Shown piece after piece: positions 1 to 10,656 of a stretch of 64,000 nt of DNA; positions within the stretch are counted from its first letter, which is position 1, and each line of letters opens with the position of its first letter. The stretch comes from an uncultured delta proteobacterium (GTDB lineage: Bacteria; Myxococcota; Myxococcia; SLRQ01), in NCBI GenBank assembly GCA_963727485.1, contig CAVSGM010000001.1, positions 672,001 to 736,000 on the forward strand. Reading direction: 5' to 3'. The position numbers and the translations under genes were made by a program. Below the pieces are notes generated by a model. That model was not told the DNA's origin. It did not search any database and was given only the letters and a program-made list of their open reading frames with translations.

Positions 1-823
1 GTCGACACCAAGCTGGCCCAGGTCATCACCCAGAGCCTCACCGCGTCGATCCAGGCCCGGGGGCCGAGCGTGGTCTCCAGCCAGGACATCAAGTCGGCGC
101 TGGGCTTCGAGGCCCAGAAGCAGCTCCTCGGCTGCAAGGCCGACAGCGCCTGCCTGGCCCAGATCGGCGGCGCCCTGGGGGTGGACCACGTGGTCGCCGG
201 GAGCCTCGCCAGGATCGGCGAGTCGTACGTGATGAACCTCCAGCTCATCGACATCGTCCACGCGTCGGTGAGCCGGCGGTACTCGAGGCGGGTGCGCGGC
301 AGCAGCGCCGAGGCCTTCCTCGACATCGTCGACCCGGCGGCCAGGGCCCTCTTCCCCGAGGTGCGGGCGGCGCCCGGGGGGGTGGCGCGCGGCGCCCCGC
401 CCGTGGCCGAGCCGTCGGGCCCCGGCCGTCCCCTGGGCATCGTCGTGGGGCTCCGGGGACAGGTCTTCCCGGGAGCGCCGCTCGGGGGGGCCATCGCCCT
501 CTCGGTGGGCTGGCAACCCATCGACGCCCTCACCGTGTCCCTCGGCGGCCTCGCCGCCCGGCCCTTCGGCGCCTACCTCCGGGTCCAGTGGGTGCCCTTC
601 AACGTCGGGGGGCGGGTGAGACCGCTGCTGGCCGCCGAGGTGCCGCTCCTCTTCTCCCAGCCCCTGGCCGCGGGGGCTGTCGCTCTCCCCCGGGGTCGCC
701 GTGGGGATCACCCCCTGGCTCGACCTCACCTTCGAGGTGCCGGTCTCCTACGAGCTCGCCGCCCCCGCCGGCGCCCAGCGCTTCTGGATCTTCCTCGCCG
801 GCGGCGTCGCCCTGCGCTTCTAG
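1..823 (+). CDS. 5'-truncated envelope protein: CsgG/TolB-N-like domain plus C-terminal beta-barrel-like region; apparent +1 frameshift at about 672-676
   Basis: Frame is open from base 1 (...SQDIKSALGFEAQKQLLGC...CLAQIGGALGVDHVVAGSL). Removing one G from the G5 run at 672-676 gives LSLSPGVAVGITPWLDLTFEVPVSY...GGVALRF* (TAG 821-823), ending in Phe like outer-membrane barrels. Confidence 0.6.
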
Positions 824-829
824 GCGCCG

Positions 830-2014
830 CTACGGCTGGAGCCCCAGGGCGCCGACGATGGCGTCGGTGCCGGTGCCGGTCGGGATCGGGCCCAGGTCGA
901 CGACCCGGCCCCCGGCGACGAAGCGCAGCCGGCGCAGGGCGGTGTTCTCCCGGGCGATCACCAGGCCCGCCAGCGGCCCCCGGTCGACCTCGACCATGGC
1001 CCCGGGGAGCCGCGGCCGCGGGCCCCGGTAGGCGACCTCGCCGGCGAGGCGGAAGGGCGCGGCGGGATCGCCGGTGCGCCGGAGGATCACCAGCGCACCC
1101 GCCAGGCCGCTGCTCACCAGCACCGTGGATCCATCCGGGGACACCGCCAGGTCCACCGGGTCCCGGATCGGTGTCACCACCTCGGCCGGGGTGAGGACGT
1201 CGCCCTCGAGGCCCACCACCGCCACCCGGTTGGGCGCCCTGGCGAAGCCGTTGTCGTCCGCGACCAGGAGCCAGCGGCCGTCGGGGGTGAAGGCCGCGGC
1301 GGAGACGATGGCGTCGCCGTCGCCGAAGGCCTCGGCCCCGGTGACGCGCAGGGGCGGGTGAAGCCAGGAGAGAAGGGAGACGTCGTCGGCGGCCGGGGCG
1401 CCGGGGAGGCCCTGGGCCACCAGCACCGCCCGGTGGGGCCGCCCGGGGACGAGGACGAAGGCCCGGGTGTTCCGCGCCGCCAGGATCCGCGTCGCCGGCC
1501 CCGGCGTTCCGTCGCAGGCCAGCGGCACCTGGTAGAGACCGCCTCCCTGGGCGGGCCAGCTCCCGTCGAGGAGCAGGAGCCGGTTGCCCCCAGGCGCCAT
1601 GACCACCCGGCTCACGTGCACCCCCGGCGACCACACGGCCCGCAGCACCGTCACCCCGCCGTCGTCGTCCACCCGGAAGATCCCCAGGGTCCCGTCGTCG
1701 TGGCGCACCACTCCCAGCCGGCCGTCGGGGGTGAAGACCACCTTCCCGCGGGTCGCTCGGCCGCCGAGGTCGAAGCCCTCGCCGGTGGGCGCCAGGCCGC
1801 CGTCCGGGGCCAGCCGCCACACGTCGTAGCGCGCCCGCGGGTGGCCCAGGGCGTCGTAGGGATGGCCCACGACCAAGAGCCGCGGCGCGTTGGCGGGCCG
1901 GGGGTTGGCGTGACAGGGCTCCGCGCCCCGTGCCTCGCCGGCGCCGAGGACGCCGAGGGCCACGGCCGCCACCAGGGCGGCGGGGATGGCGAGGCGCCAG
2001 GGTCGGCGGACCAT
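830..2014 (-). CDS. Secreted beta-propeller protein (lactonase/YncE-like)
   Basis: N-terminal signal peptide; repeated blade motifs FTPDGR, APGGNR, FTPDGRW, VSPDGS. Confidence 0.65.
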   Translation of the reverse strand: MVRRPWRLAIPAALVAAVALGVLGAGEARGAEPCHANPRPANAPRLLVVGHPYDALGHPRARYDVWRLAPDGGLAPTGEGFDLGGRATRGKVVFTPDGRLGVVRHDDGTLGIFRVDDDGGVTVLRAVWSPGVHVSRVVMAPGGNRLLLLDGSWPAQGGGLYQVPLACDGTPGPATRILAARNTRAFVLVPGRPHRAVLVAQGLPGAPAADDVSLLSWLHPPLRVTGAEAFGDGDAIVSAAAFTPDGRWLLVADDNGFARAPNRVAVVGLEGDVLTPAEVVTPIRDPVDLAVSPDGSTVLVSSGLAGALVILRRTGDPAAPFRLAGEVAYRGPRPRLPGAMVEVDRGPLAGLVIARENTALRRLRFVAGGRVVDLGPIPTGTGTDAIVGALGLQP

Positions 2015-2020
2015 GCCGCC

Positions 2021-2608
2021 TCACCGCGCCGCGGGCCGCGCCTCGCCCCGGGCGACCCGCCGGGCCCGATCGCGGGCCACCAGCCCGTCGAGGAACCGGT
2101 CGGTGAAGGCCTCGACCGCCTGCCAGTCGGTGAGCTCCAGGTCCCGGTCGGTCTCGAGGCCGTGGGACCTGGCGATGCGCTTCATCACCAGGCGCACCAG
2201 GAACCCGTAGCGCGAGTAGGGCACGGCCCCGCCGAAGGTCGCCGTCGACGCCGGGCTCCACCCCGTGGCCGCGAGGAAGGCGTCCACGTAGTCCTGGGCG
2301 GTCTTGGCGTCCTCGGGCGTTTGGCCCGAGCCCGAGAGGCTCACCGAGTAGAAGGCGGAGGGCACCCGGGCGAGCAGGCCCCCGTAGCGCTGGACGAAGC
2401 GCGTGGCCGCGGGCTCGTGGCGGGCCACGTGGACCGAGGCGCCGAAGATCACCGCGTCATGGTCCTCGACGTAGAGGCCCGGGGTCTCGTGGGCGACGTC
2501 CATCACCGCCACCTGGTGGCCCCGGCGGCTGGCGACGCCGGCGATGTGCTCTGCGATCTTCGCGGCCTGCCCGTAGCGGCTGGAGTAGGCGACCAGGAGT
2601 CGTGCCAT
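2021..2608 (-). CDS. hemG: Flavodoxin-domain protein, HemG-like (menaquinone-dependent protoporphyrinogen oxidase)
   Basis: MARLLVAYSSRYGQAAKIAEHIA, DAVIFGASVH, FGGAVPYSRYGFLVR, TDWQAVEAF. Confidence 0.7.
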   Translation of the reverse strand: MARLLVAYSSRYGQAAKIAEHIAGVASRRGHQVAVMDVAHETPGLYVEDHDAVIFGASVHVARHEPAATRFVQRYGGLLARVPSAFYSVSLSGSGQTPEDAKTAQDYVDAFLAATGWSPASTATFGGAVPYSRYGFLVRLVMKRIARSHGLETDRDLELTDWQAVEAFTDRFLDGLVARDRARRVARGEARPAAR

Positions 2609-2718
2609 GACATCCCCCCTCGCCCCGAGCCTAGGACCCCGCGCCGAGGCGACCATGGCGGGGGATCCCGCGGGTGCGGGGATGCGCCCCCCGGGGACCG
2701 ACCCCAAGTTGCCCTGGG

Positions 2719-3810
2719 ATGTCCGACCCGAACCAGCCCGCGGCGGTGCCTGCCCCGCGACCCCGTGCCGCCACCGTGGCCCTGGTGATGGTGGCCACCG
2801 TCCTGGTGCTCGGGGCCCTGCGGATGGCGGCGTCGCTGATGCTGCCGCTCTCCCTCTCGCTCTTCCTGGTGGCGGTGTTCTGGCCCTTCCAGCGCCGGCT
2901 CCAGAAGCGGCTGCCCCGGTGGCTGGCGGTGGGCCTGGTCTTCGTCGGCTTCCTGGTGAGCGTGGCGATCCTGGTGGGCGCCGTGTGGCTCACCGTGGTC
3001 CTCATCGGCGACCGGGTCCCGCGCTACACCGACCTGTTCACCCGACGCATCGCCGAGGTCCGCCAGTGGGCCACGGGCCTGGGCCTGCTCCCGGCCGAGC
3101 TCCCGGTGAGCGCCCAGGGCATCCTCGGCTCCCTCCGGGACGCCGCGGTTCAGGTCACCGAGTGGGGCGTGAGCTTCGGGGGCGCCTTCGGCCTCACCGT
3201 CGGCTTCTTCTTCTTTGGCGTGCTGGAGCTCGGGAGCCTCCCCGAGCGCCTGCGCCGGGCCCTGCCGGGCCGGGACCCGGGGCAGCTCTTCCAGGTCATC
3301 GACGCCATCGGCACCGACCTGCTGCGCTACATGCTGGTGCGCACCGGCATCGGCCTGCTCACCGGGTCGCTGGTCGCCGTGGCCACCTTCGCCTTCGGCG
3401 TCGACCTGTGGATGATCTGGGGCCTGCTCGCCTTCCTCCTCAACTACATCCCCATCCTCGGCTCGGCCATCGCCGTGGTCCCACCGGTGCTCTTCGCCGC
3501 GGTCCAGACCGACGCCCTGGGCCCGGCGGCGCTCCTCCTGGGAGTGCTGGTGGGGATCCAGGTCGTGGTGGGCAACTACCTCGACCCCATGATCCAGGGC
3601 CGGTACCTGTCCCTCTCGCCCCTGGTGGTGCTCTTCTCGATCACCATCTGGGGCTTCGTCTGGGGGATCCTCGGCGCCTTCGTGGGGGTGCCCATCACCG
3701 TGGGCATCGCCGTCGCCTGCCACCAGTTCGAGCGCACCCGGTGGATCGCGGCCCTCCTAGGCGATCTGCCGGCCTCGCCCCATCGTGGATCGACGTCCTC
3801 CGGCGCCTAG
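2719..3810 (+). CDS. AI-2E family transporter
   Basis: Multi-TM protein with WGLLAFLLNYIPILGS and WGFVWGILGAFVGVPIT motifs. Confidence 0.85.
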   Translation: MSDPNQPAAVPAPRPRAATVALVMVATVLVLGALRMAASLMLPLSLSLFLVAVFWPFQRRLQKRLPRWLAVGLVFVGFLVSVAILVGAVWLTVVLIGDRVPRYTDLFTRRIAEVRQWATGLGLLPAELPVSAQGILGSLRDAAVQVTEWGVSFGGAFGLTVGFFFFGVLELGSLPERLRRALPGRDPGQLFQVIDAIGTDLLRYMLVRTGIGLLTGSLVAVATFAFGVDLWMIWGLLAFLLNYIPILGSAIAVVPPVLFAAVQTDALGPAALLLGVLVGIQVVVGNYLDPMIQGRYLSLSPLVVLFSITIWGFVWGILGAFVGVPITVGIAVACHQFERTRWIAALLGDLPASPHRGSTSSGA

Positions 3811-3857
3811 GCTTCGCACGGGGCGTGGTGACGCGCCCCCGGCCAAAGGAGTTGGCC

Positions 3858-4373
3858 ATGACCGCATCCCGCGTTCTCGTGCCCCTCGACGGCTCCACCC
3901 TCGCCCGGTCGATCCTCCCGGCCATGCGCCCCTTCGTGGACCCCGGACGCCACGAGATCATCCTGCTCCGGGTCGCCGAGCCCCTCGCCGGTCTCGCCGG
4001 CGCCCCCACCGAGGCCCTCGACGTGGGCCGGGGCCAGTCCCAGACCTTTGGTGCCGACGTCCTCGACCTCGCCGCGGGGGTCCAGGCCCACCGGGCGCCC
4101 CCGGCGTGGCCGCTGCTGCGCGAGCAGCTCCTCGCCGAGCTGGCGCCGGCGGTGGAGGCCCTGGAGGCCTGGGGCTACCCGGTCTCGGTGCGGGTGCGGT
4201 TCGGCACCCCGGCGCGGGAGATCATCGCCGCCGCCACCGAGCCGCCGGTCGATCTCATCGCCATGGCGACCCACGGCCGGACCGGATTGCTCGACGTGCT
4301 CATGGGCAGCGTCGCCCGCTCGGTGCTCCGCCACGCCGACGTGCCCATCCTGCTCCTGCGCCCCAAGGTCTAG
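3858..4373 (+). CDS. Universal stress protein
   Basis: RVLVPLDGS...DLIAMATHGRTG...MGSVARSVLRHADVPILL; AAGGAG RBS upstream. Confidence 0.9.
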   Translation: MTASRVLVPLDGSTLARSILPAMRPFVDPGRHEIILLRVAEPLAGLAGAPTEALDVGRGQSQTFGADVLDLAAGVQAHRAPPAWPLLREQLLAELAPAVEALEAWGYPVSVRVRFGTPAREIIAAATEPPVDLIAMATHGRTGLLDVLMGSVARSVLRHADVPILLLRPKV

Positions 4374-4390
4374 GCGCCGCCCCCCGCGCC

Positions 4391-5744
4391 TCAGGGGAAC
4401 GCCTGGGCGCAGCGGGCCGCCTCCGCCGCGTCGACCTTGGCCTCGGGGAGGATGGGGATCGACAGGTCGGGGTGGGCGAAGTCGAAGAGGTCGTAGAGGG
4501 GGTCGGCGTTGGCGTCGCGCCGGGTCATCGCCGGGAGCCCGAAGCGCGCCTCGACGAAGCGCAGGATGCTGGTGTGGCCGACCACCACGTGGCTCACGTA
4601 GTGGCGCTTCGCATAGGGCGAGACCACGATGAGAGGCACCCGGAAGCCGAAGCGGTCGAAGGCCCCCGGGGGGTCTTTGGCCTCGAGCTTGGGCGCCAGG
4701 TCGTCCGGGACGCAGGCCTTGGGCGGGGGCACGTGGTCGTAGTAGCCGCCGTGCTCGTCGTAGGTGATGAAGATCGCCGTGTGGGCCCACTGGGGCGAGT
4801 GCATCACCGCGTCGACCACCTTGGCCACGAACGCCTGGCCGAGCTGCATGTCCCCCGGCGGGTGCTCGTCGGTGCGGGTGCCGCGGCCGTTGTAGTCGGC
4901 CTCCACGAAGGCTCACCGGTGGCAGGGTCCCGGCGGCGGCGTCGGCGAGGAAGTCGGTGATGGTCTTCAGCTTGTCCGGGTCGTCGACGTAGATCTGGGG
5001 GAGCATGAGGACCGTGGCCGCGGAGTCGCTGTAGTCCTTCCAGTCGACCTTGGCGTGGTCCAGCTCGTTCCAGAGGTTGGGGTAGGGGTCGCCCAGGGGG
5101 TCGTTGCTCGGAGGCACGACGTTTCGTGTCAGCCCGTAGCTGGTGGCCGCCATGAAGTAGAGGCGGTTCGGCCAGGTGGGCCCGAGGAGCGAGGCGAAGC
5201 TCCGGTCGCTGATGGCGAAGGCCTGGGAGAGCGCGTAGTAGAAGGGCAGGTCGGAGCTGTCGTACCAACCCAGGGCCCGGACGCCGTCGGGGTTGGCCTC
5301 GCCGACGAAGCCGTCGTTCTTGCCGTCGTCGTACTGGTGGTGGCAGGCCCGCCAGGAGTGGGGGAGGTCGCCCACGCAGTAGGCGGTCTCGTGGTAGCGG
5401 GCGACGTCGGTGCCCGTGGCCGGGTCGGGGTTGGTGGCGGTCTCGGCGGCGCCGTCCACCCCCGGGAGGTGGCTGTAGTAGTGGTCGAAGCTCTCGTTCT
5501 CCTGCATCACCAGGACGACGTGGTCGATGGGGATCGCCTTGCCCGTGGGCCAGCTCGCCGCCAGGGTGTCGGCGGCCAGGGCGCCGCGGCCGAAGGTGCA
5601 CGCCGCTCGGGCCTTGGCCGCGGCGGCGACGGTGAGCCCCGCCGGCGGCGGCGGGGGGGCGGTCTTCGAGCCGCAGGCGGCGAGCCCAAGGGCGGCGAGG
5701 AGGAGGGCGGCGAGGCGAAGACGACGCAAGGGGATCCCCGGCAT
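4391..5744 (-). CDS. Phosphoesterase/phospholipase C family lipoprotein; apparent +1 frameshift at about 4910
   Basis: Lipobox LAAC; IDHVVLVMQENESFDHY, GPTWPNR, TYDEHGGYYDHVPPP, GFRVPLIVVSPYAK. The two halves join as PVSFVEA if one C is removed near 4910. Confidence 0.85.
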
Positions 5745-5781
5745 TTCCGCGGCCCCCGGGGGCGATGCTAGGCTCTCGGCG

Positions 5782-6945
5782 ATGAGCCCCGGGCGCGCGT
5801 GGGTGGAGGCACTCGATTCACGGCTGGAGACGGCCACGGTCGACGGTACCACGCCCGGTGCCGCCTGCGTGGTGCTCCGGGGCGGGGTGCCGCTTCACCA
5901 GAGCGCCCACGGCATCACCTGCATCCGACCCGCCGCCGCCGCCCGGCCGGTGACCCTCGACACCTTCTTCGACGTCGCCTCCCTCACCAAGGTGATGGCG
6001 ACCACCGCGGTGGCCATGCAGCTCGTGGCCGAGGGCCGCCTCGACCTCGAGGCAACCGTGGCCGCGGTGCTCCCCGCCTTCGCCCGCGCCGGCAAGGCCG
6101 AGGTGACCGTCGCCGACCTCCTCGCCCACCGCTCGGGGCTGCCGGCCTGGCGACCCTGGTGGGAGAAGGCCGCCGCCGATCCCCTGAGCCGGGGCCTCTT
6201 CGCCGCCCCCGCCGAGCGCCCCGCCGGCGACACCCGGGTCCGGGCGGTGCGACGTGCCCGGGCGCTGACCGCCGAGGCGGTCCTCGCCGAGCCCCTGGAG
6301 GCGGCCCCCGGCGACCGGGCGGTCTACAGCGACGCCGGGTTCATCGCCCTGGCCCTGGCCCTGGAGGCGGCGGCGGGCGAGCCCCTCCACCGGCGCTTCG
6401 CCCGCACCGTCGCTGCGCCGCTGGGCCTCGCCGCCCGCTTCGTCGACGAGGCCCGCCCCGATCGCCCGTCGCCCGTCGCCGCCACCCGCGAGGCCCCGAG
6501 CCGCGACGGCGCCACCCTCCTCGGCGAGGTCGACGACGACAACGCCTACGCCCTCGGCGGCGTCGCCGGCCACGCGGGGCTCTTCGCCCGGGCCGCCGAC
6601 GTCGCCGCCTTCGGCGAGGCCCTCCGCCGGACCCACGGGGGCGAGGCGGGGGTCTTCGATCCCGAGGTGGTCCGCCACTTCCTCCGCCGCGACGCCGCCA
6701 CCCCGGGGAGCACCCGGGCGCTGGGCTTCGACACCCCCTCGGCCGAGGGCTCCACCGCCGGCCAGCGCCTCTCGCGCACCGGGAGCTTCGGCCACCTGGG
6801 CTTCACCGGCACCAGCCTCTGGATCGACCTGGAGGCACAGCTGGTGGTGGCGCTCCTCACCAACCGGGTGCACGTCGGCGCCGACCCCGCTAGGATCCGC
6901 GCCCTGCGCGCCGAGGTCGCCGACCTCGCCGCCGACGCCCCCTGA
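5782..6945 (+). CDS. Serine hydrolase, beta-lactamase class C/PBP family
   Basis: FDVASLTK (SxxK), LLAHRSGL, YSD, GHLGFTGTSLWID, LLTNRVH; lies directly upstream of mpl. Confidence 0.9.
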   Translation: MSPGRAWVEALDSRLETATVDGTTPGAACVVLRGGVPLHQSAHGITCIRPAAAARPVTLDTFFDVASLTKVMATTAVAMQLVAEGRLDLEATVAAVLPAFARAGKAEVTVADLLAHRSGLPAWRPWWEKAAADPLSRGLFAAPAERPAGDTRVRAVRRARALTAEAVLAEPLEAAPGDRAVYSDAGFIALALALEAAAGEPLHRRFARTVAAPLGLAARFVDEARPDRPSPVAATREAPSRDGATLLGEVDDDNAYALGGVAGHAGLFARAADVAAFGEALRRTHGGEAGVFDPEVVRHFLRRDAATPGSTRALGFDTPSAEGSTAGQRLSRTGSFGHLGFTGTSLWIDLEAQLVVALLTNRVHVGADPARIRALRAEVADLAADAP

Positions 6946-6972
6946 CCCCCCGCGCGACCCCCGACGCCCCCC

Positions 6973-8433
6973 ATGCCGACCCTGACCCCGAGCTCTCCCG
7001 ACTCGCCGCCCATCGATCCCGAGGCGGTCAGGACCGTCCACCTCATGGCCATCGCCGGCACCGGGATGGGCGCCTTCGCCCGCCTCCTCCAGGAGGCCGG
7101 CTACCAGGTCCGCGGCTCCGACGAGAAGGTCTGGCCCCCGATGTCCGACCTCCTGCGCGCCGCGGGGATCCGGTGGATGGAGGGCTTCCGGCCGGAGAAC
7201 CTGGAGCCGCCCCCGGACCTGGTGATCGTGGGCAACGTCATTCGCCGGGTGAACCCCGAGGCCCAGGCGATGCGCGACCGGCACCTGCCCCACCTCTCGT
7301 TCCCCGAGGCCCTCGGGGCGCTCTTCCTCGAGGGGCGCCACAGCGTGGTCGTCGCCGGCACCCACGGCAAGACCACCACCAGCACCCTCGTCGCCTGGCT
7401 CCTCCACCACAACCGCCGCGACCCGTCGTTCCTGGTGGGCGGGGTGGGGCAGAACCTCGGCGACTCGGCGCGACTCGGCGGCGGGCCCCACTTCGTGGTC
7501 GAGGGCGACGAGTACGACACCGCCTACTTCGACAAGGGTCCCAAGCTCCTCCACTACCGGCCGCGGAGCGCCATCCTCACCTCCATCGAGCTCGACCACG
7601 CGGACATCTACCGGGACCTCGCCCACTACGTCTCCGCCTTCGAGCGCTTCGTGGCGCTGCTTCCCGAGGACGGATTTCTCGCCGCCTGGGCCGGGAGCGA
7701 CCGGGTCCTGGCGGTGGCGCGCCGGTGCCCGGGGACGGTGGAGACCTACGCGGCGCGGGACGGCGTCGACGCCGACTGGACCGCCGGCGACCTGGTCCTC
7801 GGCGCCGACGGCGCCCGGTTCCGGCTCGTCCACCGGGGCGAGGACCTGGGCGAGATGCACCTGCCCCTCGGCGGCCGGCACAACGTGGAGAACGCGCTGG
7901 GCGCCGCGGCGGTGGCCACGCGCCTGGGCCTGACCCCCGAGGAGATCGCCGCGGGGCTGGCCACCTTCGAGGGGGTCCGCCGGCGCCAGGAGATCCGCGG
8001 CGAGCCCGATGGCGTCACGGTGATCGACGACTTCGCCCACCACCCCACGGCGGTGGCCGAGACGGTCCAGGCGATCCGCAGCCGCTACCCGGGGCGGCGC
8101 CTGTGGGCGGTGTTCGAGCCGCGCAGCAACACCGCCCGGCGCAATCTCTACCAGGCGCGCTACGCCGAGGCCTTCGACGGCGCCGACCAGGTGGTGATCT
8201 CCGCGCCGCCGCCCCACCCGGACCCCATCCCCGAGGCCGAGCGCTTCGATCCGCCGGGGCTGGCGGAGGCCCTGCGCGCCCGGGGCCTCGAGGCCCGGCA
8301 CCTCGCGGGCCCCGAGGCCATCCTCGAGGCCCTGGTCGCCGAGACGAACCCGGGCGACGTGGTCCTGCTCATGTCCAACGGCGCCTTCGGGGGGCTCCCG
8401 GCGCGACTCGTCGAGGCCCTGGCGGCCCGATGA
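6973..8433 (+). CDS. mpl: UDP-N-acetylmuramate:tripeptide ligase (Mpl, MurC family)
   Basis: IAGTGMG, AGTHGKTTT, EGDEYDTAYFDK, DDFAHHPTA, FEPRSNT, MSNGAFGG. Confidence 0.9.
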   Translation: MPTLTPSSPDSPPIDPEAVRTVHLMAIAGTGMGAFARLLQEAGYQVRGSDEKVWPPMSDLLRAAGIRWMEGFRPENLEPPPDLVIVGNVIRRVNPEAQAMRDRHLPHLSFPEALGALFLEGRHSVVVAGTHGKTTTSTLVAWLLHHNRRDPSFLVGGVGQNLGDSARLGGGPHFVVEGDEYDTAYFDKGPKLLHYRPRSAILTSIELDHADIYRDLAHYVSAFERFVALLPEDGFLAAWAGSDRVLAVARRCPGTVETYAARDGVDADWTAGDLVLGADGARFRLVHRGEDLGEMHLPLGGRHNVENALGAAAVATRLGLTPEEIAAGLATFEGVRRRQEIRGEPDGVTVIDDFAHHPTAVAETVQAIRSRYPGRRLWAVFEPRSNTARRNLYQARYAEAFDGADQVVISAPPPHPDPIPEAERFDPPGLAEALRARGLEARHLAGPEAILEALVAETNPGDVVLLMSNGAFGGLPARLVEALAAR

Positions 8434-9059
8434 CCCGCCGGGGCCAGGTGGCCGGCGCGGTCCTGGCCGTCCTCCTCGTCGCCAGCTGCGCCCACCTCCG
8501 GCCCCCCGAGCGCCTGCCCCTGGGCGCGCCCTTCCACCTGGCGGTGCAGGACCTCCACGGCCACCGGGTGGTGCTCCGGGGGACGCCCGGGAAGGTCACG
8601 GTGGTGGTCTTCTGGGCGAGCTGGTGCGCCCGGTGCCAGGGCCGCCTCGCCGACGCCCGGCGCCTCACCGCGCCCGACACCGACGCCTCGGTGGTGGCGG
8701 TGAACCTCGACGCCGACCCGCGCTTCACCGCCTGGGACGCGCGGCGCCTGAAGCTCCCGGCGCCGGTCTACCGGGACCCGGGCGCCCGGGCGGCGACGGC
8801 CCTCGGGGTGCGCACCCTGCCCACGGTGCTCTTCATCGGCCGCCACGGCCGCCTGGTCCGCACCGTCGAGGGGGTCCACGCCGACGCCACCTGGCGCCTG
8901 CGCCGGGCCCTGGCCCGGGTGCTGGCTGGCGATGGGCGGGCACAGCCCCTATCCTCCAGCCCCCCATGGCCGATGATCCCCAGACCCTCCTCGACGTCGC
9001 CCTCGCCGCCGCCCGCCGCGGGGGCGAGATCCTCCTCGCCCGCTACCGCGGCCCCCTGA
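8430..9059 (+). CDS. TlpA-like thioredoxin lipoprotein (3' end uncertain)
   Basis: ATG overlaps the mpl stop; lipobox VASC; FWASWCARC; LGVRTLPT. Confidence 0.8.
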   Translation: MTRRGQVAGAVLAVLLVASCAHLRPPERLPLGAPFHLAVQDLHGHRVVLRGTPGKVTVVVFWASWCARCQGRLADARRLTAPDTDASVVAVNLDADPRFTAWDARRLKLPAPVYRDPGARAATALGVRTLPTVLFIGRHGRLVRTVEGVHADATWRLRRALARVLAGDGRAQPLSSSPPWPMIPRPSSTSPSPPPAAGARSSSPATAAP

Positions 9060-9757
9060 GGGTCGACACCAAGACCAGCCGCCGGGACCTGGTCACCGAC
9101 GCCGACCGCGCCAGCGAGGCCGCCATCGCCGAGCTGCTCCGGGCGCGGCGCCCGGGCGACGACCTCCTCGCCGAGGAGGGCACCCGGGAGGGGCACGAGG
9201 CGGCCCTGCGCTGGGTCTTCGATCCCCTCGACGGCACCGTGAACTTCGCCCAGGGCCTCCCCCACTGGTGCGTGTCGGTGGCGGTGGAGGACGCCGACGG
9301 GCCGGTGGCCGGGGTGGTCCACAATCCGCTCCGGGGCGAGACCTTCGCCGCCGCCCGGGGCCACGGCGCCACCCTCGACGGCGCGCCAATCCAGGTGACC
9401 GGCACCAAGGCCCTCGAGGACGCGATCCTCGCCACCGGCTTCTCCTACGACAGCGGGCTGCGCGCCGAGAACCTCCGGCGCCTCGACCGGGTGCTGGTGG
9501 AGATCCGGGGCATCCGGCGCCTGGGGTCGGCGGCCCTCGACCTCGCCTACGTGGCCTGCGGGCGCCTCGACGGCTTCTGGGAGCTGGGGCTGTCGCGGTG
9601 GGACGTCGCCGCCGGGGTGCTCCTGGTCCGCGAGGCCGGGGGCCGGGTCACGGGCCTCGACGACGACGCCAATCCCCTGGACACCGGGCGCCTCCTGGCC
9701 GCCGGCAAGGCGCTGCACCCGGTGCTCCGCCGGGCGGTCTCGGGGCCCGGGCGGTGA
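8966..9757 (+). CDS. suhB: Inositol monophosphatase family (SuhB-like)
   Basis: DLVTDAD, WVFDPLDGTVNF, GSAALDLAYVACG, WDVAAG. Confidence 0.9.
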   Translation: MADDPQTLLDVALAAARRGGEILLARYRGPLRVDTKTSRRDLVTDADRASEAAIAELLRARRPGDDLLAEEGTREGHEAALRWVFDPLDGTVNFAQGLPHWCVSVAVEDADGPVAGVVHNPLRGETFAAARGHGATLDGAPIQVTGTKALEDAILATGFSYDSGLRAENLRRLDRVLVEIRGIRRLGSAALDLAYVACGRLDGFWELGLSRWDVAAGVLLVREAGGRVTGLDDDANPLDTGRLLAAGKALHPVLRRAVSGPGR

Positions 9758-10656
9758 GGCCCCGCGCCGCCGCCGCCGCGCTCCTCGCGGGGCTCGTGTG
9801 CCTTGCGGCCTGCGGGTCGAGGGCGCCCACGGTGGTCACCGCCCCGGACGCCGCGCGCACCGGCGACGCCGGGGCCGACGGGCCCTTCGGCGCGGCCTTC
9901 GTCCGGGCCCGGACCCAGGCGCGCCTCTCGGAGCAGGTGGCCTACGAGGTCGACTACCCGGCCGCCGCCGACGGCACCCCGGACGCCGCCGGCGCCCCCG
10001 ACCCGGTGGTGGTCCTGGAGCAGGGGGGGCTGGTGGCGCCGCAGCGCTACCGGTGGCTCGCCGCCCACCTCGCCACCCGGGGCTACGTGGTGGTCCTCGC
10101 CGACCACACCGCCGACCTCGCCATCACCCAGGTCGACAACGGCCGCCTCGCCCTCGACGCGGTCGTCGGGGGCCGGGGCCCGGCGGCGGCCCTGGTGGCG
10201 CCAGCGGGGCCGGTGGCGGTGATCGGCCACTCCCTGGGCGGGGTGGTGGGCACCTGGGAGTGGCTCGCCGACGACCGGCTCACGGCGCTCGGCCTCCTGG
10301 CCAGCTACCCCCAGGACGGCGACCCGGTGGGCAATCGGGCGGGGAGCCCGGAGCTCTCGCTCGCGGGCACGGACGACGGACAGGCCTCGGTGGCCGACGT
10401 CCGCGCCGGCTTCGGGCGCTTCTCGGCCCCGAAGGTCCTGGGGGTGGTCTCGGGGATGACCCACTTCGCCTGGACCGACAATCCCAGCGCCTCGGAGCGG
10501 GCGAAGGACGGGCAGCTCGGCCGGCCCCTGGCCGAGGTGCGGCGCGACGCCCTCGGGCTCCTCGACACCTGGCTCGACGCGGTCCTCCGCCACGACCCCG
10601 CGGCCGAGCAGCGCCTGGCCACCGGGACCTTCCCCGGGGTGGCGGTGACCCGATGA
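9754..10656 (+). CDS. Alpha/beta hydrolase lipoprotein
   Basis: GTG overlaps the previous stop; lipobox LAAC; GHSLGG nucleophile elbow; LLASYP; GMTHFAW. Confidence 0.8.
   Translation: MRPRAAAAALLAGLVCLAACGSRAPTVVTAPDAARTGDAGADGPFGAAFVRARTQARLSEQVAYEVDYPAAADGTPDAAGAPDPVVVLEQGGLVAPQRYRWLAAHLATRGYVVVLADHTADLAITQVDNGRLALDAVVGGRGPAAALVAPAGPVAVIGHSLGGVVGTWEWLADDRLTALGLLASYPQDGDPVGNRAGSPELSLAGTDDGQASVADVRAGFGRFSAPKVLGVVSGMTHFAWTDNPSASERAKDGQLGRPLAEVRRDALGLLDTWLDAVLRHDPAAEQRLATGTFPGVAVTR

Noticed and set aside
5782..6945. Antibiotic-resistance beta-lactamase
   Set aside because: The motifs and position next to mpl point to a peptidoglycan-recycling serine hydrolase.
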